Made by a program: the position numbers and the translations under genes. A DNA stretch of 35,250 nucleotides from Bacteroidota bacterium (GTDB lineage: Bacteria > Bacteroidota > Ignavibacteria > Ignavibacteriales > Ignavibacteriaceae). The stretch is taken from assembly GCA_023406915.1 (NCBI GenBank), contig JAEXTR010000343.1:1-35250 (forward strand), in the 5' to 3' direction. Below, piece after piece: positions 1 to 9,287 of this stretch. Position 1 is the first letter of the stretch. Each line of letters starts with the position of its first letter. Under the pieces are notes generated by a model, which was not told where the DNA came from, ran no database searches, and was given only the letters and a program-made list of their open reading frames with translations.

Positions 1-693
1 TGCAATTCCAAGCGCTGTATTCACTAGTGCTTCTGAAATTCCATTTGCAAGGGCTACAGCATCTGGTGCACCAGCAGTTGCAAGGGCGGCGAATGCCTTA
101 ATCATTCCAATAACTGTTCCCAATAAACCCATGAGTGTGGCAATAGATGCGATAGTTGCCAGAATTACAAGATTCTGTTCCAGCATCGGGAGCTCGAGTG
201 AGGTAGCTTCCTCAATTTCTTGTTTTATCGCTACTACCTTTTGGTCTTTGTTCAGCTGTTCGTTGTCTGCCATCTCCCGGTATTTGAGTATGCCGGCCTT
301 TACAACATTCGCAACTGAACCGCGCTGTGTATCACAAGCTTCAATGGCAGCATCAAAATCCTCTTTAGGCTTGGAAAGATGGCTGTATATGCCACGAACA
401 AAGGCAGCAATCTTGCCCTTTCCTTTTGATTTTGAAATGGTTATAAAGCGTTCAATAGTGAAGGTTATTACTGAAAGCAGCAGAGTTAGTAGTATAGGCA
501 CAATGATTCCGCCTTTATAGACTATACCAAGATAATTGTTTGGAAGCGGATGGTTAGCGGGATTTCCCCCCTGAAAATTCTCTGGATTACCCAGAATATT
601 GTAGTACACAAAAAATGAAACAACAAATAAGACAGGAATTGCAATACCAGCAAATCCAGAAAAGAATGTTTTCAGAAATGAACTGTTTTTCAC
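1..693 (-). CDS. MotA/TolQ/ExbB-family proton-channel protein, truncated by the window edge (231 codons visible)
   Basis: Absent from the ORF track because there is no stop inside the window. The minus-strand frame is open from GTG at 693-691 to base 1. An in-frame TAG lies at 699-697, and GGAG at 703-700 sits 6 nt upstream of the GTG. My translation reads VKNSSFLKTFFSGFAGIAIPVLFVV...ERFITISKSKGKGK...LPMLEQNLVILATIASIATLMGLLGTVIGMIKAFAALATAGAPDAVALANGISEALVNTALGIA. The LGLLGTVxGMIxAF...GISEAL segment is the family signature. Confidence 0.85.
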   Translation of the reverse strand, partial: MKNSSFLKTFFSGFAGIAIPVLFVVSFFVYYNILGNPENFQGGNPANHPLPNNYLGIVYKGGIIVPILLTLLLSVITFTIERFITISKSKGKGKIAAFVRGIYSHLSKPKEDFDAAIEACDTQRGSVANVVKAGILKYREMADNEQLNKDQKVVAIKQEIEEATSLELPMLEQNLVILATIASIATLMGLLGTVIGMIKAFAALATAGAPDAVALANGISEALVNTALGIA

Positions 694-732
694 AATCTAC
701 TCCAGTAAATGAAAAATGAAATACTGGAGCTA

Positions 733-748
733 TGCAATTCCCATACCA
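733..748 (-). promoter_or_regulatory. Candidate sigma-54 (-24/-12) promoter for the ExbB/TolQ gene
   Basis: The minus strand 748->733 reads TGGTATGGGAATTGCA, against the consensus TGGCACG-N4-TTGCW. GG (747-746) and GC (735-734) have the exact consensus spacing. The -12 element lies about 41 nt upstream of the GTG at 693. Confidence 0.6.
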
Positions 749-843
749 CAAAGCCGGATTGTTCGTAGAACCCGTTTTTGTCTCAAAAATAATGAGTTCT
801 GTGCTTCTTCGAGTTGAATTGAGTGATGGGGCCGTTTTTCCGA

Positions 844-879
844 ATTTCAAAATGAAATCCTGACATTTCAAAATGAAAG
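844..879. promoter_or_regulatory. Two phased palindromes ATTTCA-N3-TGAAA(T/G), candidate enhancer-binding-protein sites (UAS)
   Basis: Copy 1 is 844-858, ATTTCAAAATGAAAT, with perfect 6+6 arms. Copy 2 is 865-879, ATTTCAAAATGAAAG, with one arm mismatch. Centre-to-centre spacing is 21 bp. The sites lie about 100-130 bp upstream of the -24/-12 element, just past the regulator stop codon at 903. Confidence 0.5.
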
Positions 880-902
880 CTGATTACGGAAGTACTAATC
901 CC

Positions 903-2225
903 TCAAAGGTTATATAATCTTCTTTTTCGCCAAAGAGTTGCTTCAGAAATACCCAATATCTGGCAGGCATCCTTTAATGTGGGCGCAGAATTCAACACGA
1001 CAGATATATGATTCCGCTCCAGCTCTTCTAAACTTTGAAGAGTAGTGGAAGGCTTCGTACCCCTGAAGAATTCAGGCGGTAAATCTTCACTTCTCAGCGT
1101 ATTATCTTTATTCATTATGAGCAATCGCTTCACAACATTCTCTAACTCACGGATATTTCCGGGCCATGAGTATGATCGTAGAACGGAGAGAAGAGATTCT
1201 TCAATTGTGAAGGCAACCTCTGGTGCATACTTGCTGAGTAGGTATTCTACTAACTCAGGTATGTCTTCACTTCGATCTCTCAGTGCCGGGATAGTAAACT
1301 TCATTGCGCTGAGCCGATAATAAAAATCCTCCCGCAGATTTCCAGTTCTCATTTCTTCCTGTGTATTCCTGTTTGTTGCGGCAATGATCCTTACGTTGAC
1401 TTTTCTGAGCTGGCTATCCCCGACTCTTTCAAATTCACCATACTGAAGAAACCTGAGTAGCTTTACCTGCAAATAAGGGGGAAGCTCTGCAACTTCGTCT
1501 AGAAATAACGTGCCGCCATCAGCAAGCTCAAAACGTCCCGTTCTATCCTTCACGGCTCCTGTAAACGCTCCTTTTTTGTGTCCAAACACCTCGCTTTCAA
1601 AAAGATTTTCCGGTATAGCAGCACAATTTACTGCTATAAATCGTGAGGACACTCTTGGACTGGTAGTATGGATAATTCTGGCGAGCAACTCTTTTCCTGT
1701 TCCATTTTCTCCTTCTATAAGTACGGGGAAATCACTCTTGGCAACCTCACCCGCAATTTTCAGGCAATCCATCAGTGCTTTCGATTTTCCAACTATTCGG
1801 GTTGATTCTGACATCTCTGGAAGAAGTGCCCTGAGTGTTTTCAGTTCTGTGTTTAAGTGATGATACTCCCGGGCTTTATCAACATAATGCAGAAACTCTT
1901 TATGATTAAAGGGCTTTGTAATATAGTTGTAAGCTCCCTGTCTCATGGCATCAACTGCTGTCTCAATTGATGAAAACGCAGTCATCAAAGTCACGGTTGT
2001 ATCACTGCTGATTTTTTTAATCTCTCTGAGGATCTCAATTCCGTTTATCGGTGCCATCTTAAGATCAATAAATGCAAGACGGTAACGGTTCTTTCCTGCC
2101 GCTTCAAGAGCTTCTGTAGGAGACAAGTAAGAGTCATAGGTATACCCAGCGGCTTCGAGGGCGTAGCCAATCATTTTGAGGATATTTTTTTCGTCATCAA
2201 CTACTAAAATTTCAGGAAATTTCAT
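903..2225 (-). CDS. Sigma-54-dependent response regulator (NtrC family: REC + AAA+ + HTH)
   Basis: REC N-terminus MKFPEILVVDDEK. Walker A is GENGTGKE and the sigma-54 contact loop is GAFTGA (HKKGAFTGAVKDR). The C-terminal HTH includes ISEATLWRKRRLY. The track ORF begins at TTG 2270; ATG 2225 gives a canonical REC start and overlaps the kinase stop by 14 nt. Confidence 0.9.
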   Translation of the reverse strand: MKFPEILVVDDEKNILKMIGYALEAAGYTYDSYLSPTEALEAAGKNRYRLAFIDLKMAPINGIEILREIKKISSDTTVTLMTAFSSIETAVDAMRQGAYNYITKPFNHKEFLHYVDKAREYHHLNTELKTLRALLPEMSESTRIVGKSKALMDCLKIAGEVAKSDFPVLIEGENGTGKELLARIIHTTSPRVSSRFIAVNCAAIPENLFESEVFGHKKGAFTGAVKDRTGRFELADGGTLFLDEVAELPPYLQVKLLRFLQYGEFERVGDSQLRKVNVRIIAATNRNTQEEMRTGNLREDFYYRLSAMKFTIPALRDRSEDIPELVEYLLSKYAPEVAFTIEESLLSVLRSYSWPGNIRELENVVKRLLIMNKDNTLRSEDLPPEFFRGTKPSTTLQSLEELERNHISVVLNSAPTLKDACQILGISEATLWRKRRLYNL

Positions 2226-4050
2226 CTCTGTACACCCGTAATGAAAAGGTAAACGAACTGCCTGAGCCAACCTTACTCTGCACGGTTAGCGTTCCTTGAT
2301 GCAGCTCTATAATCTCTTTGGCAATTGAGAGACCAAGTCCAACACTGCCAGGAACATTTGACTTTAACTGTTCGAATTTATTGAAAATCGAAGTGAGTTG
2401 CGAATCTGGAATTCCAACCCCCGTATCAGATATTATTACAGTAACACAATCTCCGGCATTTCTTGCAGATATTGTAATTGCACCATAATCTGTGAACTTA
2501 ATCGCATTTGACAATACATTGTCAACTGCCCTGTATAAATACTCATAATCTCCCGAAACTGGTTGAAGGTCCTCCTCAATATTAATATATAGGGGTATTC
2601 GCTTCTCCATACAGTGTAAGGCATGTGCTTTCTGGAGGGTGAGTAGCAGTTGTTTCATTTCAACCGCTTCGAAGCTCAGCTTCAGACTTCCGGATTCTAT
2701 TTTTGACAAGTCCAGGATTTCTTTGACAAGTCTGTTCAGCCTCGTATAATCTTCCTTCATTGTGTCAATTAGCTCAAGCTGCCTTTCACTCATTTCTCCA
2801 AAGGTCTTATCACCTAATATACTGAGCGCCATCCCTATAGATGTCAATGGTGTTTTTAATTCGTGCGACACCCTGCCCATAAATTCTGACTTAAGATGAT
2901 CTAATTCCTCATATTGCGTAATATTGTTGAAAAGAAATACAAATCCAGATAGCTGTGTATTCGGAATGCTCACCTCAGCTTTTACGACTCTGTAGTAATT
3001 CTTTCCGCCTGAAGAATCCGGAACTTCAATCTTGTTAAATCGAGAATCTGATGTCCGCATTGGCTTATCCTGCATCAATCCTTTTAATGAAGGTATGACG
3101 GTTTGTACTAAATTGTAGAGCGGATTCTCAAACAGAAAAACTTCACAAAATTTTGCGTTATAGGTCAGTATTCTCCCCTCGCCATCAACCAGAATAACTG
3201 GCTCATCCATACTCTGGATGATTGTCTCAAACTTCTCCTTTTCATACAATAATTTATTTATATTAAGGGTTTCATACGATTCGAGTTTCTGCGCCATCTT
3301 ATTGAACTCTTCTGATAACTGGGCTATTTCATCCTCACCGATGATTTCAACCCTTTCTTGAAATCGTCCTTCTGCAATCCTCTTTACAGAGTCAATGAGG
3401 TTATACACCGGTTTTGAAAGGTATGTCGCGAACCGGGTGCCGAAAATAAAATAAAGAAAAATTCCTGTTGTAGTAAGTAGCCCTATCATCAGGACAGCAC
3501 TTTTGATCGCCTCATCCACTTCTCTGATGATATTCTCCATAAAATGATTATTTACATCAAAAATTGCATAGCATTTCTGCTTGAGGTTTTGGATGAGTGC
3601 GATGATCTCTCTGAAATAAAGCTCCTTATAAACTGTATTGTTTTTGGCTACCTCCTCTTGGTCAAGACGCAGATACAAATAGTCAATATATGCATCATAA
3701 TCGTGCTTTAACTCATCCAACAGCTTTTGTTCACGTGTGGTATATGCGCTTGTAAGTGCTTCCTTGTATGCATCTAAAAACTGGTTCTGAGCTTCTTTGA
3801 GAATGGAAAAACCCAGACTTTGCTTATTTGAAAACAAATCCAGCAATCCATATAGCTGCTTATCCAGTGACTTACTCATATTGTCAGCTGCAACTATACT
3901 CGTATAGTTTTGCACAAGTGAACGCCTGAAAGGTTCGGTGATGAGACTGTAACTGTAAAAGCTTAAGACAACAATAGCAAGCATCAGGATCAAGACAGCT
4001 ACAAATCCCAGAAGAATTTTTTTCTTCAGATTCATCTTTATTGATTTCAT
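2212..4050 (-). CDS. Membrane sensor histidine kinase (helical extracytoplasmic domain, HAMP, PAS, HisKA, HATPase)
   Basis: Two TM segments (ILLGFVAVLILMLAIVVLSF and VLMIGLLTTTGIFLYFIF). HAMP-like stretch PVYNLIDSVKRIAEGRF...EIAQLSEEFNKMAQKL. H-box SHELKTPLTSI, N-box VLSNAIKFT, G-boxes DTGVGIP and GSVGLGLSIAKE. Confidence 0.9.
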   Translation of the reverse strand: MKSIKMNLKKKILLGFVAVLILMLAIVVLSFYSYSLITEPFRRSLVQNYTSIVAADNMSKSLDKQLYGLLDLFSNKQSLGFSILKEAQNQFLDAYKEALTSAYTTREQKLLDELKHDYDAYIDYLYLRLDQEEVAKNNTVYKELYFREIIALIQNLKQKCYAIFDVNNHFMENIIREVDEAIKSAVLMIGLLTTTGIFLYFIFGTRFATYLSKPVYNLIDSVKRIAEGRFQERVEIIGEDEIAQLSEEFNKMAQKLESYETLNINKLLYEKEKFETIIQSMDEPVILVDGEGRILTYNAKFCEVFLFENPLYNLVQTVIPSLKGLMQDKPMRTSDSRFNKIEVPDSSGGKNYYRVVKAEVSIPNTQLSGFVFLFNNITQYEELDHLKSEFMGRVSHELKTPLTSIGMALSILGDKTFGEMSERQLELIDTMKEDYTRLNRLVKEILDLSKIESGSLKLSFEAVEMKQLLLTLQKAHALHCMEKRIPLYINIEEDLQPVSGDYEYLYRAVDNVLSNAIKFTDYGAITISARNAGDCVTVIISDTGVGIPDSQLTSIFNKFEQLKSNVPGSVGLGLSIAKEIIELHQGTLTVQSKVGSGSSFTFSLRVYRDEIS

Positions 4051-4563
4051 ATCAATTTTACTTTGTCAAATAATAATTCATTCGATCGAGTGACAATGGG
4101 ACTTGCCCTCACTATCTAAAAACGCGATTCTTAGTGTTACTCATAAGACCGAAACTAGTGTCATTCATTTATGATGTTATTTCTGCCAAAATGAAAGCAA
4201 TCAAAGCCATTTCCTCTCTTCATTTTATCTAATCCAGGATTTGAGAAGTTTCATAGGAAATTATCAAACACTTTCATTAGCCTGTATGTTGTCAACAAAG
4301 ATCGTACCATAAAAACACTGATTATAATTCATAGAAGAAAACATATAAAAAGTACGTGAATCATTCTCCTCCCCCGATTGAAAAAGGAATATTCCGCTAC
4401 AGATGTCACTTTTCGAACATCTCTTAGAGGAAATATTTTTAACCCAAGCTATTTAGTCAAGAAACCTCAATTGTTAATTACTTATACACTACTTTTTTCC
4501 ATTTCTGTCACCTTGAAATTTGTTATTTTATATGTTCGTTTAAAAAACTTAGGATATCCTTCA

Positions 4564-6213
4564 TTGAAATTCGTTTATAAAAGCATCACTCTGCTGATCC
4601 TTGTTCAGCTCTCACTCCTCGCTCAGATACATTCATCAACAGAATCAGTCACATTCCCTCAAATTAAGACAAAGACCACCGACAGTACAGTAATCTTTGT
4701 AAAGAACCTTTTCCCATCGGATAAAGAAGTGAAATTTTCCACTTCTGCTTCTGTGTACTCTGTGAACATTTCCTCAGCCATTATCCCGGTCGGAGACAGT
4801 CAACGCGTGGCAATATATTTCACCCCTGCCAGCAATATTGTGTATAATGGGGTGGTAATCGCTGTTACCAGTGATTCCCTTTCAGCGGTAGTAGTCAATC
4901 TGACCGGATCGGGGAAGTTCCAGGATACTTACGATGCCACGACGTTTAATAAATTCGATACCGAATTACGTTCTGCACTGAATGCGCTCGTGATAAACCA
5001 CACCTCTCTCGGGTATGATACCGGAAGAGACCGTATGTTCGAAAACATCGATAAACAACCCGGTGACACCATTGAATGTGTTTATACAGGCAGAAAAGTC
5101 AAAGCTGCAACCCGTACAAGCGCCCAGAGCCAGGGATTTAATACGGAACATACATGGCCACAGGGATTTTTTAATCAGTCTGAACCCATGCGGTCAGACA
5201 TTCATCATCTGTTTCCGACAGATGACGATGCAAACAATCGCAGATCCAATTATGCATTTGGTATTGTAACTACCGGAATCACCTGGCAGGTTGGCGGCAG
5301 CAAACTTGGTAAAAACAGTATTGGACAGACTGTATATGAACCCCGCGATGCTCATAAAGGTACGGCAGCCCGTTCTGTTCTCTACTTTATCACCCGCTAT
5401 CCAAACAATTACGGTTCATACTTATCAACTATCCAGGAAAATGTCCTGAGACAGTGGAATACCGACTTTCCACCTTTGCAAAAGGAATTGAATCGCAATA
5501 CTGGCGTTGCCACCTATCAGAAAAAACGAAATCCCTATATTGACCATTCTGAGTTTATTGACAGAATCTATAGCTTTTCTACCACTAATGTACGGCCCGT
5601 CTCACCAGTATTCTCAAATTACCCGTCTGCATTGAACTACGACACAACTGCTGCTGCCGATTCCTCCATCCAGTTTATTTATGTTGTGAACAGTGGTACT
5701 GGAACATTGCAGATTAATAGTGTCATGACAGGTACAAATGCCTTCACACCTGCATTCACAGCACCTACCATATCTGCTGGCACAACTCAGAAAATTGCGG
5801 TAACATTTAAACCGAACCAGGATGGCGTGTACTCCGATTCTCTGACAATCATTACATCAGCCGGCACAAGCATTCTTCCTCTCTCAGGTATTGCAGCTAC
5901 ACCGCTATCTGTTGATAACGATGGAGTGATGGAAAAAGATTTTGTAATTATGCAGAACTACCCAAACCCATTTAATGCTGAAACAAACTTTACTTTCAGC
6001 GTTCGCCAAACCTCCAACGTCCGAATTACGGTTTATGATGTTTTAGGCAAAGAGGTAGTAGAGGTGGTTGATAAGGCATTTTCGGCAGGGACCCATGTAG
6101 TTTCATGGCAAGGTACCGATGCACAGGGAGCCTTCTTATCAGGCGGTGTATATTTTGCAAAAGTCGAAAACCTTGCTTCTGCACAGATGCTGAAAATGGT
6201 TATTTTAAAGTAG
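4564..6213 (+). CDS. Secreted endonuclease I-family nuclease flanked by two Ig-like (ASH / choice-of-anchor-D-like) domains, with a T9SS C-terminal sorting domain
   Basis: Endonuclease_1 motifs lie within about 4930-5571: FNTEHTWPQGFF, DIHHLFPTDDDANNRRSNYAFG, YEPRDAHKGTAARSVLYF. The track ORF starts at TTG 4378, but residues 1-62 are not protein-like. The in-frame TTG at 4564, with AGGA 9 nt upstream, gives the signal peptide (M)KFVYKSITLLILVQLSLLAQIHS. Confidence 0.8.
   Translation: MKFVYKSITLLILVQLSLLAQIHSSTESVTFPQIKTKTTDSTVIFVKNLFPSDKEVKFSTSASVYSVNISSAIIPVGDSQRVAIYFTPASNIVYNGVVIAVTSDSLSAVVVNLTGSGKFQDTYDATTFNKFDTELRSALNALVINHTSLGYDTGRDRMFENIDKQPGDTIECVYTGRKVKAATRTSAQSQGFNTEHTWPQGFFNQSEPMRSDIHHLFPTDDDANNRRSNYAFGIVTTGITWQVGGSKLGKNSIGQTVYEPRDAHKGTAARSVLYFITRYPNNYGSYLSTIQENVLRQWNTDFPPLQKELNRNTGVATYQKKRNPYIDHSEFIDRIYSFSTTNVRPVSPVFSNYPSALNYDTTAAADSSIQFIYVVNSGTGTLQINSVMTGTNAFTPAFTAPTISAGTTQKIAVTFKPNQDGVYSDSLTIITSAGTSILPLSGIAATPLSVDNDGVMEKDFVIMQNYPNPFNAETNFTFSVRQTSNVRITVYDVLGKEVVEVVDKAFSAGTHVVSWQGTDAQGAFLSGGVYFAKVENLASAQMLKMVILK
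5950..6210 (+). other. T9SS type-A / FlgD-Ig-like C-terminal sorting domain of the nuclease
   Basis: QNYPNPFNAETNFTFSV...VRITVYDVLGKEVVEVV...VSWQGTDAQGAFLSGGVYFAKV...MVILK. Confidence 0.8.
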
Positions 6214-6240
6214 ACTTTTATTTGAAGAAGGATATACACA

Positions 6241-6603
6241 ATGGCTGTGCATATTATGAAGCCCTCAGTTATTGAGGCTGCTGGCAACAAACCTAAAATT
6301 ATTGAAGAGTACTTCGGAAGAGTAAATTCAGGCACATCGGCCCTGAGCATTGCGAAGATGCAAAGCCCCGGAGGTTGGGTGGAACCAGGTCAGCGCCCTG
6401 AATTTGATGAGTACACAGTTGTGTTGAAAGGCGCTTTGCAGGTAAATACTGAATCTGGGACAATCATTGTAAAAGCGGGCGAGTGTATTTTAACCCAAGC
6501 AGGCGAATGGGTGCAGTATAGTTCACCTGATCCCGAAGGTGCGGAATACATTGCGGTGTGTGCACCTGCATTTTCACCCGATACTGTTCACAGAGATGAA
6601 TAA
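6241..6603 (+). CDS. Small cupin-domain protein
   Basis: 120 aa. Beta-barrel-like run [45 protein letters not shown] lies about 10 nt upstream of the ATG. Confidence 0.6.
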   Translation: MAVHIMKPSVIEAAGNKPKIIEEYFGRVNSGTSALSIAKMQSPGGWVEPGQRPEFDEYTVVLKGALQVNTESGTIIVKAGECILTQAGEWVQYSSPDPEGAEYIAVCAPAFSPDTVHRDE

Positions 6604-6632
6604 TATTTTATCTAAACTTATCAGAAACAACT

Positions 6633-8315
6633 ATGGCAAACGAGAACACGCAAAACGAATCTGGCAAAACAAAAAACTTCATCTATGAAATCATTGATGA
6701 TGACCTCAAATCCAATAAATGGAACGGAAAGGTACATACACGATTCCCTCCTGAACCGAACGGGTATCTCCACATTGGACATGCAAAGTCTATCTGCCTG
6801 AACTACGGTATTGCTGAGCATTACGGTGGTAAGTTTAATCTCCGTTTTGATGATACAAATCCTGAAAAAGAAGAACAGGAATATGTTGATTCAATTGTCG
6901 AGGATGTTACCTGGCTGGGGGCAAAGTTTGAAGACAGGATTTTATATGCTTCAGACTATTTTGAACAGATGTATCAGTATGCTGTTGATCTTATCAAAAA
7001 AGGGAAAGCCTATGTGTGTGATCTGAGCGGAGAAGAGATTCGTTCTACCAGAGGAACCCTTACTGAGCCGGGTAAGGAAAGCCCTTTCAGAAACAGATCT
7101 GTTGATGAAAACCTACAATTGTTTGAAGCTATGAGGCGCGGAGAATTCCCAAATGGCTCGAAAACATTACGCGCAAAAATCGATATGGGTTCACCCAATA
7201 TGAATCTCCGGGACCCTATTATGTACAGAATCGTGCACGCTGAACATCACAGACAGGGTAATAACTGGTGCCTGTACCCTACTTATGACTGGGCACATGG
7301 TCTGGAAGACTCACTTGAGGGTATCACTCATTCAATTTGTACGCTCGAGTTTGAAAATCATCGCCCTCTCTATGACTGGTATTTGGATGCATTGGAGATT
7401 TATCATCCTCAGCAGATTGAATTTGCGCGATTGAACCTGAGCTATACTGTGATGAGTAAACGAAAGCTTTTACAGCTGGTGAAGGAAGGATATGTAGACG
7501 GGTGGGATGATCCCCGAATGCCTACCATTTGTGGGTACAGAAGAAGGGGCTACACTCCGGAAGCTATCCGTAACTTTGCAGAAATAATTGGCGTTGCCAA
7601 ACGTGATGCAATGACTGATATTTCATTGCTTGAGTTCGCTATCCGCGATGATCTGAATAAAAAAGCACTCCGGAGAATGGCTGTACTGAAACCATTGAAG
7701 GTTGTGCTGACAAATTATCCTGATCAGACTGAAGAACTTGATGCAATCAACAATCCTGAAGATCCTGAAGCAGGGACAAGAAAAGTGGTTTTTGGCAAAG
7801 AGCTTTTTATTGAGCAAACTGACTTTATGGAAGAACCTGTAAAGGGTTATCATCGTTTAGCGCCCGGTACTGAAGTAAGATTACGGTATGCTTATATCAT
7901 CAAATGTGAGGAAGTAATCAAGGATGAGCAGGGCAATATTTCCGAACTCCGCTGTACGTATGATCCCGATACCAGAAGTGGTACAGGTACCAGTACAAAA
8001 AAAGTCAAGGGCACCATACACTGGGTTGCAGCAAATCATGCGGTCAAGGCTGAAGTTAGGTTGTACGACAGGTTGTTTACGGTGGAGAATCCCGGAACTC
8101 AGGATAACTGGCTTGAGTTAATTAACCCTGAATCACTTACCGTTCTGGAAGAAGTATATCTTGAGGCCGCACTCGGTTCAGTTCATCCAGGAGACAAAGT
8201 ACAGTTCGAACGACATGGTTACTTCTGTGCTGATACCAAACCATCATCTGATGGCAAACTTGTCTTTAACCGTACTGTCACCCTGAAAGACAGTTGGGGA
8301 AAAACAGGTAAGTAA
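6633..8315 (+). CDS. glnS: Glutamine--tRNA ligase
   Basis: Class I signatures: [14 protein letters not shown] (HIGH) and VMSKRKL (KMSKS). The protein has the length (560 aa) and the [13 protein letters not shown] and [18 protein letters not shown] blocks typical of GlnRS. Confidence 0.93.
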   Translation: MANENTQNESGKTKNFIYEIIDDDLKSNKWNGKVHTRFPPEPNGYLHIGHAKSICLNYGIAEHYGGKFNLRFDDTNPEKEEQEYVDSIVEDVTWLGAKFEDRILYASDYFEQMYQYAVDLIKKGKAYVCDLSGEEIRSTRGTLTEPGKESPFRNRSVDENLQLFEAMRRGEFPNGSKTLRAKIDMGSPNMNLRDPIMYRIVHAEHHRQGNNWCLYPTYDWAHGLEDSLEGITHSICTLEFENHRPLYDWYLDALEIYHPQQIEFARLNLSYTVMSKRKLLQLVKEGYVDGWDDPRMPTICGYRRRGYTPEAIRNFAEIIGVAKRDAMTDISLLEFAIRDDLNKKALRRMAVLKPLKVVLTNYPDQTEELDAINNPEDPEAGTRKVVFGKELFIEQTDFMEEPVKGYHRLAPGTEVRLRYAYIIKCEEVIKDEQGNISELRCTYDPDTRSGTGTSTKKVKGTIHWVAANHAVKAEVRLYDRLFTVENPGTQDNWLELINPESLTVLEEVYLEAALGSVHPGDKVQFERHGYFCADTKPSSDGKLVFNRTVTLKDSWGKTGK

Positions 8316-8325
8316 CTTTTAACGG

Positions 8326-9216
8326 TCATCGTACAAAGAGAAGGGCAATACCTCCGATGGCGATGACCGTCCCTATTACTCCCCTCATGGTGACTTTCTC
8401 CTTGTAAAAAATCCTCATCAACGGAATCATGAGTATCGGCATGGTAGACATCAGAGTTGAAGCAATACCAACCGGCGCATTAGATACGGCTATCAGACTG
8501 AACGTAATACCCAGAAATGGTCCGACAATACTCCCTCCAATGGTAAAAGCGAGCGCCCTGGGATGACTTCTGTACAGTCTAACAGGATTCTTGTACTTAC
8601 CCAATATCAGCAGCATCGGAAAGAATACAATCACTGATGCTACAATCCTGATAAAGGTGGCAACAAACCCATTGACTTCACCCATATTAAATGCCAGTTT
8701 CGCAAGAATAAGTCCCACTGCCTGACCAACTGCACCCATAAATCCTAGAAACAATCCATATGGTGTCACCTTGAATGTTTCTTCCGTCTGAACCCGCTTT
8801 TCAAGAACCACAACTGATATCCCGACGATGGTAATAACAATGCCGAGGATACCAATAAATGGCAACTGCTCATGCAGGAAAATGTAGCTCAGAACAAGCG
8901 CCATACCCGGGGAAAGCGCCATCAGAAGCATTGCCATTCTTGGCCCAATGTGAAGATAAGACTTGAATAAGAACGCATCATCTATCACCAGACCAATGAG
9001 TCCGCTCAATCCAAGATAGATACCCTGTTCTGGTAACACAGGGTGAGCAAGTCCAAAAATAAAAATGGTGGAGGAAAGCAAAAAGACGGCAATCAGCAGT
9101 CGATTAATGTTTAACTGCATCGAACCAGTAATCTTTGCTGCTTCGGAAAAGAAGATAGATGTGAATGACCAAAGGACGGCTGTAATCAGAGCGGAGATTT
9201 CACCAAGAAAGGGCAT
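8326..9216 (-). CDS. EamA/DMT-family transporter
   Basis: 296 aa with about 10 hydrophobic segments in a duplicated pattern. Convergent with glnS, with only 10 nt between the stop codons. Confidence 0.75.
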   Translation of the reverse strand: MPFLGEISALITAVLWSFTSIFFSEAAKITGSMQLNINRLLIAVFLLSSTIFIFGLAHPVLPEQGIYLGLSGLIGLVIDDAFLFKSYLHIGPRMAMLLMALSPGMALVLSYIFLHEQLPFIGILGIVITIVGISVVVLEKRVQTEETFKVTPYGLFLGFMGAVGQAVGLILAKLAFNMGEVNGFVATFIRIVASVIVFFPMLLILGKYKNPVRLYRSHPRALAFTIGGSIVGPFLGITFSLIAVSNAPVGIASTLMSTMPILMIPLMRIFYKEKVTMRGVIGTVIAIGGIALLFVR

Positions 9217-9287
9217 CAGTATCGTAATTGGTTAAAAAATGACACGGCAAATTAGTGATACTGATACCCTTTCACAAGGCAATTCTT

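Noticed and set aside
131-520. Plus-strand ORF of 129 aa. Similar antisense ORFs occur at 1045..1320, 1510..1860, 11359..11607, 12999..13385, 18433..18747, 20306..20620, 28553..28909 and 29058..29420.
   Set aside because: All lie antisense to long genes with clear family signatures. Their translations are low-complexity, Ser/Leu/Arg-rich shadow frames with no motifs.
587-871. Minus-strand ORF of 94 aa spanning the spacer and the 5' end of the ExbB/TolQ gene.
   Set aside because: It is out of frame with the well-supported ExbB/TolQ frame. It covers the promoter and palindrome region, starts at TTG, and has a Cys/Phe-rich nonsense-like sequence.
4187-4198. The 12-mer CAAAATGAAAGC is shared with the second palindrome copy (869..880), hinting that the kinase/nuclease spacer belongs to the same regulon.
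   Set aside because: Only one half-site is present, with no full palindrome and no nearby -24/-12 element. A single AT-rich 12-mer match is within chance expectation for a window this size.
4378-4563. 5' extension of the nuclease ORF as given in the track.
   Set aside because: No signal-peptide or domain character. The in-frame TTG 4564 gives a canonical signal peptide and has an upstream AGGA.
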